Assembly (NCBI GenBank): GCA_034439575.1 | Contig: JAWXAQ010000036.1 | Coordinates: 64,001 to 128,000, forward strand | DNA from: Leptospira sp. | GTDB taxonomy: Bacteria; Spirochaetota; Leptospiria; Leptospirales; Leptospiraceae | Direction: 5' to 3' | DNA length: 64,000 nt | Part shown: piece by piece, positions 9,680 to 20,611 of the stretch | Layout: every line of letters begins with the position of its first letter | Numbering within the stretch: position 1 is the first letter of the stretch | The notes under the pieces: generated by a model | Database searches by the model: none | Told to the model about the DNA's origin: nothing | The model's input: the letters and a program-made list of their open reading frames with translations, nothing else | Translations under genes and position numbers: made by a program

Positions 9680-11193
9680 TAGTTGGCAAACTTTCTCTTT
9701 TTAATAGATAATATAATTCCAACGGCTGTCATTGCCATCACCAAGTGTGACCCACCATAACTCATAAATGTAAGTGGAACGCCTGTTACTGGCAGTAATC
9801 CAATCACGATGCCAACATTTATCGCAATATGAAAAAATATCATGGCAACGATTCCTGCCGCAAGTAATGATCCAAATCTATCTTTACTTTCAAAACTTAT
9901 TTGCAAGCCTCGAAGAGGTATCGACATTAGAAAAAATAATAATAATACACTACCGATAAAACCCGTTTGCTCTGCCCAGGATGCGAAGATAAAATCTGTT
10001 CCCGCCTCTGGTACATGGGGAACTCTCCCTTCTGTCATCTCACCATGAAATAATCCTTTGCCAAAAACTTTTCCTGAACCAACAGCAGGTTTTGAGGCAC
10101 GAAGTTGATAACCTGCTCCTTGTTTGAACTGATCAGGATTTAAAAATGCAGTGAGTCGAATCACTTGATTTTCACGGAAAGGAATCGATTTATGAACAGC
10201 CATCGCAGAAAGAATAGAGAGACCGATGATACCAATCGGAATATAATATTGACGAATGGCTTTAGATCCGCGAGCGATTCTGATTCCAATCATTGTTAAA
10301 CTAACGAGTAGTAAAATGGCCCCCAAACTAATCATAAATGGTTCGTTTGAAAGTATTTTAAAACCGATGCTACCATATTCATCTTTGACAGTATCCGCAG
10401 CTTCTCGTATTAGTTGTAAATTTTTTTGATTTTGAAAACCAGGCATTTCAATTCCTGATATTTTTTTACCTTCAATGATTGGCCATACTTTGCCTTGGAC
10501 TTGACTGACGAGGGAAACTAATTCGAGTTTATTTTCTTTTCTTAATAAATCAATCAATGGTTGAACCAATGTTAATTTATAATAAGCTAAATACATGGGA
10601 ACGATCAAAGAAATACTACCAAATGTTAATAGGGAGCCAACATGAAGGATGTCAGCACCACCGAGAAATAACATGGTAAATAACATCGGTAAAAAGGAAA
10701 CGGCTGTTCCAAAGTCGGGTTGCAAAATGATAAAAAGCATGGGAACCAAACAGATTATAAATGGAACAATCAATACCGTGATTTTGTGCATTTCTTTTTC
10801 GCGTAACACAAGGTATTGACCTAGCAAAATAACTGTGGCAAGTTTTGAAAATTCGGATGCTTGTAAGGTAATAGGTCCGAGTTTTAACCATGATCTAGCT
10901 CCACGGCCAGATGGTAAATATCCAATCCCAGGAATCAATGTTAGTATCAGTAACAATATAGAAAACAGATATATAAAAAGTGCATAAGAACCAATCAGTT
11001 GATAGTTGATTCTAGACATAAACCACATACTGCCTAAACCAACAAAGAAAAATATAAATTGTTTATACCAACGTCCCAATCCATCTGCGGTATTTGCTTC
11101 TTGGGTATAAAGAGTGAGTACGCCAGCAAGTGCCACAAGGCACACTGAAAAAATTAGAAAAAAATCCAGCTTCTCTGTGTTACGTTCTGCCAT
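9679..11193 (-). CDS. rodA: Rod shape-determining peptidoglycan polymerase RodA
   Basis: [48 protein letters not shown]; downstream of PBP2. Confidence 0.96.
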   Translation of the reverse strand: MAERNTEKLDFFLIFSVCLVALAGVLTLYTQEANTADGLGRWYKQFIFFFVGLGSMWFMSRINYQLIGSYALFIYLFSILLLILTLIPGIGYLPSGRGARSWLKLGPITLQASEFSKLATVILLGQYLVLREKEMHKITVLIVPFIICLVPMLFIILQPDFGTAVSFLPMLFTMLFLGGADILHVGSLLTFGSISLIVPMYLAYYKLTLVQPLIDLLRKENKLELVSLVSQVQGKVWPIIEGKKISGIEMPGFQNQKNLQLIREAADTVKDEYGSIGFKILSNEPFMISLGAILLLVSLTMIGIRIARGSKAIRQYYIPIGIIGLSILSAMAVHKSIPFRENQVIRLTAFLNPDQFKQGAGYQLRASKPAVGSGKVFGKGLFHGEMTEGRVPHVPEAGTDFIFASWAEQTGFIGSVLLLFFLMSIPLRGLQISFESKDRFGSLLAAGIVAMIFFHIAINVGIVIGLLPVTGVPLTFMSYGGSHLVMAMTAVGIILSIKKRKFAN

Positions 11194-13130
11194 TAAAATG
11201 CTTCCTCCTCAACAGGAGCTTCTTCTTCCATCGTTTTGACTCTTGATCTATCCGTTCTCGGATAAGAGCCAGGAGGAAACGCGGCTTTAAATATTTCACG
11301 TGCGGCTGGAGCAGCAGAGGCAGCTCCACCTACTCCGTATTCAACGAATGTAGCAACTAATATTTGTTTTTCTGGAGGTGCATTGAAAGGCGCATAACCG
11401 ATAAACCAAGCGTGGTTTGAAGAGGATGCACCACGTCGTCTTGTTTGTGCTGTTCCTGTTTTACCTGCCACTTCCGGCAAACCAGGAGCATTTAATACAC
11501 CCGAAGCAGTTCCAGAATAACCTACTAAATACAATCCTTCTTTGATCGCTTCCACAGTAGATTTTTTAAGAGGTACATCTCTGAGAATAGAAGGTTGTGT
11601 TTTTTGAATGATTGAATTATCAAGTGGGCTACGTATTTCAGATATTAAGAAAGGTTTATAAATTTTTCCATTGTTGATGATGGCCATAAAAAACAATGCC
11701 ATCTCAATCGGTGTCACGGAAATAAATCCTTGTCCAATCGACAAGTTTACAGTATCACCGTCGAACCATTTGTTTCCGTAAGTTCTTTTTTTCCATTCTG
11801 AACTCGGCACAAATCCAGTAATTTCCCCAGGTAAATCGATCCCAGTTTTCTTTTCTAGACCAAATAATCTCGAATAGGCGAGAATTGGTTCGGCACCTAA
11901 CTTGTATCCTAATTGATAAAAGTAAACAGAATTTGATTTTTCTATCGCTTGGGCAAGAGTTAACTCCCCATGATTTTTTTTATCCCAATTGTAAAAAACT
12001 TGATCAGGTACACCTTTAAAAGTTGATTTTAAAGTAAAATTCGCAGGGCAAGAAAAAGTTTGTTTAGGATCATAATTAATTTTGTGTTCACTTTCCATAG
12101 CTGCAAGTGCTACTAACACCTTAAAGGTGGAGGCTGGAGGAAATTTTGATTGGATGGCAAGATTTAAAAAACCACCGTTATTAGAAACTCGACCAAAATG
12201 ATTTGCTCTTTCTTGTTTATTTTTACCAGAAAGAATATTTGGGTCATAAGATGGGTTAGACGCCATAGCCAAAACTTCGCCCGTTGTCGGCCTTAGAGCA
12301 AGCACTGTGCCTCGGACTCCTTTTAATGCTCGGTAGGCGGCGATTTGGAGATCGCGATCTATGGTGAGAATTAAATTGTTTCCTGGTATCGCATGTTCGA
12401 TGACACGTTCTTCTTCAATATTTCCTTCGGTATTTCTTTTTTGAATACGGAACCCATCTTGCCCACGTAGAATCGTATCATATAAAGATTCGATTCCTCC
12501 TTTACCGACAAGCTGGTAAGATTTTATCTCTTTCTCTTGGATATCGTTTGTTGTGGGTTTTCCCACATAACCAGAGACATGTGCGAGAGCTGGTCCCATA
12601 TGATAGATTCTCGCAGGAGAGGAAACGAGATATACAAAACGATTTATATTATCTAAAACTAATATACGTTCTTGTTGTTCACGAGATATCCCTTCTAATA
12701 AAATAAAGGGTTCTCTGGATCGAATTTTTTTAATTAAACGACTTTCTTGGAGGTCTTTTTCAAAGTAAGCCAGTGGAATGGACAAGGCTTCACAAAATTT
12801 GATTATGTATTCTTTTACTTTTTTAGGATCGTTTTTTAACAAATTCGTATTTAATATCACATCAAGTGAAGCAGAATTTGAAACTAAAGGCTGGGAAGTT
12901 TCTGGTGTGATAAAATTTCGATCAAAAATTTGACCTCTATCTGCGGGAATGGATTCACTTCGCCGAACAAACCTTTCTGCTTTGAGAGAATTCTCACTTC
13001 CTTGTACGACTTGTAAGTTAAACAATTGGAAAATGTATATAGAAAGTGTAAAAACGATCATTCCAGTGAAGAAATAAAGTCTTCTTCGAAATGAACTTTC
13101 TAAACGAAACTCAGTGGCCGAACCACTCAT
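11193..13130 (-). CDS. mrdA: Penicillin-binding protein 2
   Basis: PPASTFK (SxxK), [14 protein letters not shown]; mre operon context. Confidence 0.96.
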   Translation of the reverse strand: MSGSATEFRLESSFRRRLYFFTGMIVFTLSIYIFQLFNLQVVQGSENSLKAERFVRRSESIPADRGQIFDRNFITPETSQPLVSNSASLDVILNTNLLKNDPKKVKEYIIKFCEALSIPLAYFEKDLQESRLIKKIRSREPFILLEGISREQQERILVLDNINRFVYLVSSPARIYHMGPALAHVSGYVGKPTTNDIQEKEIKSYQLVGKGGIESLYDTILRGQDGFRIQKRNTEGNIEEERVIEHAIPGNNLILTIDRDLQIAAYRALKGVRGTVLALRPTTGEVLAMASNPSYDPNILSGKNKQERANHFGRVSNNGGFLNLAIQSKFPPASTFKVLVALAAMESEHKINYDPKQTFSCPANFTLKSTFKGVPDQVFYNWDKKNHGELTLAQAIEKSNSVYFYQLGYKLGAEPILAYSRLFGLEKKTGIDLPGEITGFVPSSEWKKRTYGNKWFDGDTVNLSIGQGFISVTPIEMALFFMAIINNGKIYKPFLISEIRSPLDNSIIQKTQPSILRDVPLKKSTVEAIKEGLYLVGYSGTASGVLNAPGLPEVAGKTGTAQTRRRGASSSNHAWFIGYAPFNAPPEKQILVATFVEYGVGGAASAAPAAREIFKAAFPPGSYPRTDRSRVKTMEEEAPVEEEAF

Positions 13131-13642
13131 TGTCTTACCTCATCTGGCTCTAAACGAAATGCCCAAGTAAATAAGAAAAAGAGGGCAGGGCCAATAAAAG
13201 CATTGTAAAGAGATACATATAAAAACGAATAACTTTGGTTAGAGTGAAAAAACATCCAAAACAAAAGATAAGTGATGATTCTAGAAAAAAGTGTAAAACC
13301 AAATACGTAAATAGTTATCGAAATATAATTTTCTGTATAAGCATTGCGCGTCACTTTTCCAATGATATATCCGATCAAAGAGTAAGATAAGGAATGTAAA
13401 CCTATCTTATAATAAACCACATCATCAGGTCCGATCTCCCCACCTAATGCTGTATCTGCGAGAAGTCCTCCGATAAAACCCAACCAAAGTCCATACATCG
13501 CACCTTTTCTAAACGCAAAAAAGATGACAAATATGATCATAAAATCTGGTCGAATCGCATTACCAAGTTCAAACAAATTAGACCCATTTAAAAAATGAGA
13601 TAACAACATTCCGATGATAATGAAAACTTTTTCTAAGATCAT
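13127..13642 (-). CDS. mreD: Rod shape-determining protein MreD
   Basis: Polytopic membrane protein, [12 protein letters not shown]; between mreC and mrdA. Confidence 0.93.
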   Translation of the reverse strand: MILEKVFIIIGMLLSHFLNGSNLFELGNAIRPDFMIIFVIFFAFRKGAMYGLWLGFIGGLLADTALGGEIGPDDVVYYKIGLHSLSYSLIGYIIGKVTRNAYTENYISITIYVFGFTLFSRIITYLLFWMFFHSNQSYSFLYVSLYNAFIGPALFFLFTWAFRLEPDEVRQ

Positions 13643-14787
13643 GGTGTTACCTCCGTATTGCCTGTGTCTGGCGGTGACGTAACTGGGATATTCTCAATTG
13701 GAGTTTCAGGTTTAATCGTAGACCTTTGTGGATTTAATATTGGTTTTTTAGGAGAATTGGACTTTTGAGAATTGTAATCTTTTTCTTTTGGAAAATCGAT
13801 TTCACCAAAATAAGGGCCTTCGATCTGAATTGTTTTTTCCGCAGGCCACTCTTCTCTCCATTTTTCTGGTAATTTTTTTAGAACGATCACATTTAATAAT
13901 TTGTCAAATTCTACAAATGGTCTCACATAAGCCGTCTTAAACGATCCGTTTCTCGCACCTTCTTCGATGATGATACCAACTGGAATTCCTTGTGGATAAA
14001 CTCCGGAACCACCAGAACTAAATACTGGTTTTCCAATTTTACTAAAACCTTCTGTAAAAAAAGTATTTCCTGTGTTAGCTTGCGTTGGGCCCATGGGAAA
14101 AGTTCCTATGGCTTTCGGATCTATCACAATTCCAGAATCTATATAATCTAATAATACATCTGTTCCTCGTCCACTATTGCCTGTTAATGAGGCCCATAAG
14201 TTTGTTCCTGGGACAGAAACACCCATAGAAAAATTTGAGTTGATCAAAGGTTGCACAACAGCCGATCCTTTGGAAACAGCGATGATTTTTCCAACAAGGG
14301 CTTCTGTGAATCGTCCTTTATCATCTAGCGCCCGTGCTACGACTGGCATGTATGGTTTGATTCCGACTTCTGATCCTTTGTTAATAATAATTGTTCTATA
14401 AATGGAATTCAATCGAACACTAAGAACTTCTGCGCGGACTGCTGGATAATCTGTACGAATTGGAAAATTAAGCTCTTGTCTAAGGATTGCATTCTCAGCC
14501 TTCAAACGATCCACGTCTTTGGAGAGTTGGCGGTATTCTTCCATAACATTTAAACATGAGTCTCGTTCTTCACGAACTCTCTCGAACGACTCTAGTTTGT
14601 TATATGAACTTTTAATCAAACTTCCGAATGAGTCAAAGGAACCTGAAAAAAAATCGCCGACCCCTTGGAACGTGGCGATGCCTTTTACCATGAAATTTCC
14701 ATTCCAGATAAGTGAGGTAAAAGAAAAAATAAGGACAAACCCAATCGAAAGGGCCTCTCCATTTCGGCTATATCGGTTCCAAATCAT
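13639..14787 (-). CDS. mreC: Rod shape-determining protein MreC
   Basis: TM, coiled coil ([12 protein letters not shown]), [25 protein letters not shown] at 14787 preferred. Confidence 0.93.
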   Translation of the reverse strand: MIWNRYSRNGEALSIGFVLIFSFTSLIWNGNFMVKGIATFQGVGDFFSGSFDSFGSLIKSSYNKLESFERVREERDSCLNVMEEYRQLSKDVDRLKAENAILRQELNFPIRTDYPAVRAEVLSVRLNSIYRTIIINKGSEVGIKPYMPVVARALDDKGRFTEALVGKIIAVSKGSAVVQPLINSNFSMGVSVPGTNLWASLTGNSGRGTDVLLDYIDSGIVIDPKAIGTFPMGPTQANTGNTFFTEGFSKIGKPVFSSGGSGVYPQGIPVGIIIEEGARNGSFKTAYVRPFVEFDKLLNVIVLKKLPEKWREEWPAEKTIQIEGPYFGEIDFPKEKDYNSQKSNSPKKPILNPQRSTIKPETPIENIPVTSPPDTGNTEVTP

Positions 14788-14948
14788 GGATATTATGTCA
14801 CATGAAATAGAAGGGAAAGAAAAATTCAAGTAGTTATCTTTATTGCAATATTTTGACCAAAGAATTCGCAATTTACTGCTTTACAATGCCCAAAGTCGTT
14901 CCTACACTTCACAAGTTTTGAAGGTAATCTTTGAGAGATAAATGATTC

Positions 14949-17900
14949 ATGTATTCTTTGATTAATTGGCTTGAATCTGTTTTTTTGGGAATTCCTTTGC
15001 CCTTATTAGAAGTTTGGGGGCGTTTCGGATACATTCTTGGTTTATTTATCATGATTGTCGCGTTTGGAGGGTTTACCTTTCGCCCTGGAGGTCGTTGGGG
15101 GTTTGGAAAGGAAAGACAATCTTGGGATCTTCGAGCACTTCTTAGCATTTTATTTACTATTTTTTTAGTTTTTGTCACGGGTTATCTGGGATCATTCCTC
15201 GTCCTAGTTCCCGGAGCCCAAACGTTTGAGTCTTTAAAGGACCTTTCTGTTTTTCTTTGCATCACTCTTTTTGGTTACCCAGCCCTCCTTGCGATTCCCT
15301 TTGTTTATGGTTTGTCAGATTTGATGGAAGGGGTACCACCCGAGTATCTTTGGGATTGGATACTTGGTTATTTTATCAACCCAGCTTGCTTTTGGATCGG
15401 ATACCAATTGATAGGACGTTCCCCTGATTTTCGAAAATTCAGTGTTTGGTTAAAGTATATCCTTTTCGTCGCCATTTTTATGTTAGTGGAGCCATTACTT
15501 TGGGGTTATCTCTGCTCGACTCAATTCACTCCTGAAATTTCTTATCGAACCATTACACCTGCTTTGTTTTTCACGACAGCGATCACTTGGGTAATTGCCC
15601 CCTTTGCAATGTTAGTTGCATTGCCTATTGCCAGGAAATACGGATTCTTTTGGGCAGAGATTCCTGGGCATGTAAAAGAATTTGTAATCAGTTGGAAGGA
15701 AGGAAAGTTTTCAAATCCAGATGAAGGGATTGATTCGGAACGTCCAACGCAAGGACTTCCGATTCGAATGTTTCTTGTGACTCCCTTTATCATTCTCGTT
15801 TTAGTAATGGTCGGTATCACAGCGTATCTGGCATTAAAAAATTCAGAGTTAGGCGCCGCTAAACTTGCGTCGAGATTACACGAAGAAATATCGAATCACA
15901 TACATTTTAGATTGGAAAACTATATAAAAGAAAATCCTGGAAAAATTTATCCCATACAAAAATCACAAATTCAATCTATCTTATCAAGTTCAACATTAAC
16001 ATCCGCAGGAAAGGCCTTTATTATTGATAGAAGAGGCCATTTGATAGCAACCTCAAATGCCAATTTGTCAAATGATAAATCGGAACTCGAAGTTTCTTTG
16101 GAATCTGAAAGGATCTATCAAAATATAGTAAAAAACTTAAATGAAAGATTTAGTGACTTAAGTTCGATTCAATCCCCGCATCAATTAACATTTGATATAG
16201 TTACAGCTAAACCATTGTCTAGACAAGTCTGGCTTATGCAAGTGACTCCATTTGATAACCAAACATTAGATTGGTTAATTGTGACTTCCATACCTTCATC
16301 TTATTATTTAGAAGGAGTCAATGCGGGAAATAGCCAAACGGCTATGGTATTCGCCATTGCACTTGTATTATCTTTGTTAATTGCAATTATTTTAGCAGGA
16401 ATTGTTGCAGGACCAATCAGAAAAATTACCATTGCTAGTCGTGAGATTGCAAAGGGAGATTTCAGCCAACGAGTTCCACTTAGTAACTTAGAAGAATTGG
16501 GCGCACTTGCTGTTTATTTCAATAATATGGCTTCCCAATTGCAAGATTCATTTTCTCGAACAAAAACTAGCGAATCCCGATTTCGTAATATAGCAGAAAC
16601 AATCGAAGATGTATTTTGGATCACTTCAACTAACAAAGAAAAAATTATTTATATCAGCAAAGCCTATGAAAAAATCTGGGGGAGATCATGTGAGAGTTTA
16701 TATGAAGATCCATACCAATGGGTGAATGCGATTCATGAAGATGATAGGGAAGCTGTTAGAATCGCCAGTATTAAACAAATTGCAGAAGAATATGACTTAG
16801 AATATAGAATCATTCGTCCAAATGGTGAAATCAGATGGGTTCGAGATCGAGGTTTCCCAGCGCAAGATTTGAATGGGGAATATACCCAAATCGTTGGTGT
16901 GGCGAGAGATATTTCGGAAGAAAAACGATTTGTTAAAATGATATTGGATTTAAATACAAATTTAGAAGCTAAAGTGTTGGAGCGAACTGAAGATTTACGT
17001 AAAGCAAATGAAGAATTGAAAAATGCATTTATAAAACAAGAATTGGTGATGACGGAATTGGAAAATACTCAGGATCACTTATTGCGTTCTGAAAAAATGG
17101 CCGCATTGGGTCAGTTAGCCGCCGGAATGACTCATGAATTAAAAACACCACTTGGTGCCATCGTTTCCTCAAATAGAGCTATATTAGAAATATTGAATGA
17201 AGATATTGATTTACTTTCTAGCACATTGATGTCCATGAGTGAAGAAGATGGAAGAGTATTTCGTAGTTTACTGAAGGATTGTATTTCTTTACTCGCATCT
17301 CCAGATAATTTTCCTTCTCGGGCACAAAGAAAACAAATGAGTGAAGATCTAAAAAATGTTGGAATAGAAAATGTTACTAAAGTAACAGAGATGATTTTGG
17401 ATCTTGGAATCTATCAAGTAAATGAAAAAATATTAGAACTTGTTAAAAGTGAGAATCATTTAAAAATTCTAAAATCATTATTATCAATTATTATTTTGAT
17501 TCGAATGAGCAAAGTCATATCACTTGCAACAGGTAAAGCAGCGCATGTAGTGGATGCATTAAAAAATTACTTAAGACCAAATGGTGATGCCCAAGAGATA
17601 GAAATGACTCAAGTTGATATTATCTCCGAAATTGAATCGATACTCACTCTCTATCACAGTAAGTTAAAACAAGGCATCGAGCTGATTAAAGATTATCAAA
17701 CGACTGCATTTTGTATAGGAAATGGGAATAAATTAAACCAAGTATGGATTAATTTATTAAATAATAGTTTGCAAGCCATGAATTACCAGGGTAAACTAGA
17801 GATAGTTGTTCGAGTAGAAAATCATTGGGTGGTCGTTTCCTTTACGGATTCAGGCCAAGGTATTCCTGAAGAGATAAAAAACAAAATTTTTGAACCATTC

Positions 17901-18062
17901 TTCACAACTAAGAAACATGGTGAAGGCATTGGATTGGGATTGGACATCACAAAAAAAATTATAAATCAGTTAGGCGGCAAAATTGAATTTGAAAGTGTTC
18001 CCGGGCGAACCAAATTTTCAGTTTTTTTGCGTCCTGCTGAATCAAAAATAGGAGGAGGCTGA
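14949..18062 (+). CDS. Sensor histidine kinase: N-terminal polytopic domain, Cache-like region, HAMP, PAS, HisKA, HATPase
   Basis: HAMP (PIRKIT..EELGALAVYFNNMA), PAS/PAC (EYRIIRPNGEIRWV), H-box AGMTHELKTPL, N/G boxes (FEPFFTTK..GIGLGL). Confidence 0.92.
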   Translation: MYSLINWLESVFLGIPLPLLEVWGRFGYILGLFIMIVAFGGFTFRPGGRWGFGKERQSWDLRALLSILFTIFLVFVTGYLGSFLVLVPGAQTFESLKDLSVFLCITLFGYPALLAIPFVYGLSDLMEGVPPEYLWDWILGYFINPACFWIGYQLIGRSPDFRKFSVWLKYILFVAIFMLVEPLLWGYLCSTQFTPEISYRTITPALFFTTAITWVIAPFAMLVALPIARKYGFFWAEIPGHVKEFVISWKEGKFSNPDEGIDSERPTQGLPIRMFLVTPFIILVLVMVGITAYLALKNSELGAAKLASRLHEEISNHIHFRLENYIKENPGKIYPIQKSQIQSILSSSTLTSAGKAFIIDRRGHLIATSNANLSNDKSELEVSLESERIYQNIVKNLNERFSDLSSIQSPHQLTFDIVTAKPLSRQVWLMQVTPFDNQTLDWLIVTSIPSSYYLEGVNAGNSQTAMVFAIALVLSLLIAIILAGIVAGPIRKITIASREIAKGDFSQRVPLSNLEELGALAVYFNNMASQLQDSFSRTKTSESRFRNIAETIEDVFWITSTNKEKIIYISKAYEKIWGRSCESLYEDPYQWVNAIHEDDREAVRIASIKQIAEEYDLEYRIIRPNGEIRWVRDRGFPAQDLNGEYTQIVGVARDISEEKRFVKMILDLNTNLEAKVLERTEDLRKANEELKNAFIKQELVMTELENTQDHLLRSEKMAALGQLAAGMTHELKTPLGAIVSSNRAILEILNEDIDLLSSTLMSMSEEDGRVFRSLLKDCISLLASPDNFPSRAQRKQMSEDLKNVGIENVTKVTEMILDLGIYQVNEKILELVKSENHLKILKSLLSIIILIRMSKVISLATGKAAHVVDALKNYLRPNGDAQEIEMTQVDIISEIESILTLYHSKLKQGIELIKDYQTTAFCIGNGNKLNQVWINLLNNSLQAMNYQGKLEIVVRVENHWVVVSFTDSGQGIPEEIKNKIFEPFFTTKKHGEGIGLGLDITKKIINQLGGKIEFESVPGRTKFSVFLRPAESKIGGG

Positions 18063-18065
18063 GAT

Positions 18066-18470
18066 ATGGAAGATACAAATCAAAATCGTGCCATTGTTTG
18101 TGTAGACGATGAAGCTATACTCCTAATTGCTCTCAAACAAGAATTGAAAAAAACATTTGGCGATGATTACCAGTATGAGGTAGCACTCAATGCGAACGAA
18201 GGTATGTTACTTATAGATGACTTAGTTGAATCTGGCGTAAATATTTTATTGATACTTTCGGACTGGCTTATGCCAGGAATCAAAGGGGATGAATTTTTGG
18301 TACAAGTACATCGAAAATATCCTAACATTCGTTCCATTATGATTTCGGGCCATATTGATGATGCTGTGGTCGCGAAAGTAAAAAGAGAAGCTGGAACCTA
18401 TGAAGTTTTCCCAAAGCCTTGGGATGCGGCTAAATTGATAGCGGCTGTTAAGCATTGCTGTTTGAATTAA
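18066..18470 (+). CDS. Single-domain response regulator
   Basis: VDDE, SDWLMPG, SG, KPW receiver motifs; 3 bp after the kinase. Confidence 0.93.
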   Translation: MEDTNQNRAIVCVDDEAILLIALKQELKKTFGDDYQYEVALNANEGMLLIDDLVESGVNILLILSDWLMPGIKGDEFLVQVHRKYPNIRSIMISGHIDDAVVAKVKREAGTYEVFPKPWDAAKLIAAVKHCCLN

Positions 18471-18482
18471 TTCTTTAAAATT

Positions 18483-19124
18483 TTAATTCGCAGAAAATAA
18501 AATCTGATTGTGTGATATTTTTTGTGCTTTTCCGTTCAGGGAGATAATTCCGTGTCCAGGTCTATAAACAAATGTTTGTAAGTTGCCATAATTTGGCAGG
18601 GTCCTATATTTTTTGCCCTTGACCTTCAAGATCATTTGACCATCCAATTTTTCATAAACGCGAGCAAATCCAGAAAATTTATTTTGTCTATAGGCAACTA
18701 ACTCATCAGAATCAATATCAAATATTCCTTTAAATTCCTTTTTTTGATTCAAATTAGTTTTATTGTTATTATCTAATTTGCCAATTAATTCTAAATAAAG
18801 ATACGAATCTTCACTTTCTAGATTTACGAAATAATGAATGAGTTGATTTAATAAATTTGATTTTGTCCGAAATAAATGCTCTTGTTCTTTTAATTTTAAT
18901 TGAAAAAAGAAATGATGTAGGATTTTTTTTTCGCTAAGTTTGAGACCTCTTCGCGTCGCCAAACTATGTAGTTTGTACCAATTATACTTCGCATTTTCCA
19001 TTCGTTTGGAAAAGTACGATGTAACTTTTATAATTATATAAATAAATAATACAAATAAACAGAACTGAAAAAAACTAGTAATCCCAGATTTGGGCCAGAG
19101 CCAGATAACTTTTTCAGGTGGCAT
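18483..19124 (-). CDS. Membrane-anchored hypothetical protein
   Basis: One N-terminal TM followed by a soluble domain. Confidence 0.65.
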   Translation of the reverse strand: MPPEKVIWLWPKSGITSFFQFCLFVLFIYIIIKVTSYFSKRMENAKYNWYKLHSLATRRGLKLSEKKILHHFFFQLKLKEQEHLFRTKSNLLNQLIHYFVNLESEDSYLYLELIGKLDNNNKTNLNQKKEFKGIFDIDSDELVAYRQNKFSGFARVYEKLDGQMILKVKGKKYRTLPNYGNLQTFVYRPGHGIISLNGKAQKISHNQILFSAN

Positions 19125-19164
19125 TCAATTTAAGAATTTGAAAAAATAGAATTTAAGTCAAGCA

Positions 19165-19797
19165 TCAAGAAACAAAATATTTGGTCAATAATTGGCGATT
19201 CAAAACTTTCAAATGCCCTTTTGTAGATTCTATGGCTCCAATATCTTTGAATTCTTTTAATGTACGTGAAAAAGTTTCTGCACGAATAAGCAACATAGAC
19301 GCTATTTGGTTGTGTTTCAGTTCTGGAAATTCATCAGGCATATAATATAAAAAATGTGCTACACGTTGTTGTGCATCCATTGTTAGGCTACGGTTAATTG
19401 TTAGATTAAGTGTCTGTAGTTTTTCCAATAAACATTGGATTAAAAAATGATTTATTTTTGGGTCATTCACTATGAGTTCACGTAAGGAATTGATAGGAAT
19501 GCGTGTCACTTTTCCATCACTGAAAAACCTGGCAGAGGCCGGATAATTAAAGTTACATAGACTTGCGAGTTCAGCAATTAAAGAGATAGGAGAAAAAAAA
19601 CCAAGAGTGATTTCATTAGAATTAGAATCATACTTAAATAATTGAAGATTTCCTTCTATCAGCAAATCAAGATATACTGGAGTTTCGCCTTCTTGAAATA
19701 GAAATTCACCCTTTTGATACGTTTGAACTTTCGCATTACCGAAGTGTTGTAAGATAATTTCTTCCGTTAGAGGTTCAAATAGTACGTTTTTGAGCAA
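19165..19797 (-). CDS. Crp/Fnr family regulator, Dnr/NnrR-like
   Basis: cNMP-binding fold plus HTH with RAETFSR recognition helix; no N-terminal Cys cluster; divergent from norC. Confidence 0.88.
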   Translation of the reverse strand: MLKNVLFEPLTEEIILQHFGNAKVQTYQKGEFLFQEGETPVYLDLLIEGNLQLFKYDSNSNEITLGFFSPISLIAELASLCNFNYPASARFFSDGKVTRIPINSLRELIVNDPKINHFLIQCLLEKLQTLNLTINRSLTMDAQQRVAHFLYYMPDEFPELKHNQIASMLLIRAETFSRTLKEFKDIGAIESTKGHLKVLNRQLLTKYFVS

Positions 19798-19831
19798 TTT
19801 TAAATCCTTTTGCCATATAATTACGCAGCAA

Positions 19832-19845
19832 TTGATCTATATCAA
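19832..19845. promoter_or_regulatory. FNR/DNR box of the norC promoter
   Basis: TTGAT-CTAT-ATCAA, perfect consensus; TAATAT -10 at 19869-19874 gives class II activator spacing. Confidence 0.85.
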
Positions 19846-19899
19846 TGCAATTTCTTTGATTTCAGAAATAATATTGAGATCTGAAAAAAGGAGTGGCTA

Positions 19900-20601
19900 A
19901 TGCTTTCAAAATCGCAGGCTAGAGCATTTTTCCTAGGTGGAACGATACTATTTAGTGTCATTTTTCTAGCACTCACTGTTGATACCGTCCGACAAACAGC
20001 TGCAAGAACAAATGCAGTCAACCTAACGGAATCAGTGGTGAGAGGTAAGGAAATTTGGGAAAAGAACAATTGTATGGGTTGCCATACAATCATGGGTGAA
20101 GGTGCATATTATGCGCCTGATTTAACTAAAGTTGTGGAACGTCGCGGTGACGCTTGGATTCGTGTGTTTTTAGACGATCCAGAAGCAATGTTTCCTGGCG
20201 AAAGGAAGATGGTTAAATATAAATTCTCCGATGCAGAAAAGACAGACCTGATCGGATTTTTGGATTGGGTGGGAAAAATTGATTTAAATGGTTGGCCACC
20301 TAAACCAAACATTAAGCCCATTTTAAATACAGAAAACAAAAATGTATCCGTCAATACTCAATCAAATATAGCAGTGCCTGAAAAGTTTAGCCAATTATGC
20401 GTCGCCTGCCATGCGATTGGTGGACAAGGTGGAGTCGTCGGCCCAGCTCTAGATAAAGTTGGTAATAAGTTTAATGCAGAGTATTTAGACCGTTGGTTGA
20501 AAGATCCTCAGAGCGTAAAAGCAGGTACAGCTATGCCTAAACTTCCGTTAACTGATACTGAAAGGAAAGATATAGTAAGTTATCTTTCTACATTAAAATA
20601 G
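19900..20601 (+). CDS. norC: Nitric oxide reductase subunit C with extra C-terminal cytochrome c domain
   Basis: TM anchor, CMGCHTIMGEGAYYAPDLT NorC motif, second heme motif CVACH...AMP. Confidence 0.92.
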   Translation: MLSKSQARAFFLGGTILFSVIFLALTVDTVRQTAARTNAVNLTESVVRGKEIWEKNNCMGCHTIMGEGAYYAPDLTKVVERRGDAWIRVFLDDPEAMFPGERKMVKYKFSDAEKTDLIGFLDWVGKIDLNGWPPKPNIKPILNTENKNVSVNTQSNIAVPEKFSQLCVACHAIGGQGGVVGPALDKVGNKFNAEYLDRWLKDPQSVKAGTAMPKLPLTDTERKDIVSYLSTLK

Positions 20602-20611
20602 GAGGGCAAAA

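Noticed and set aside
10200-10600. Large insertion within RodA
   Set aside because: In frame with all SEDS motifs intact and no intein motifs; probably a lineage-typical insert.
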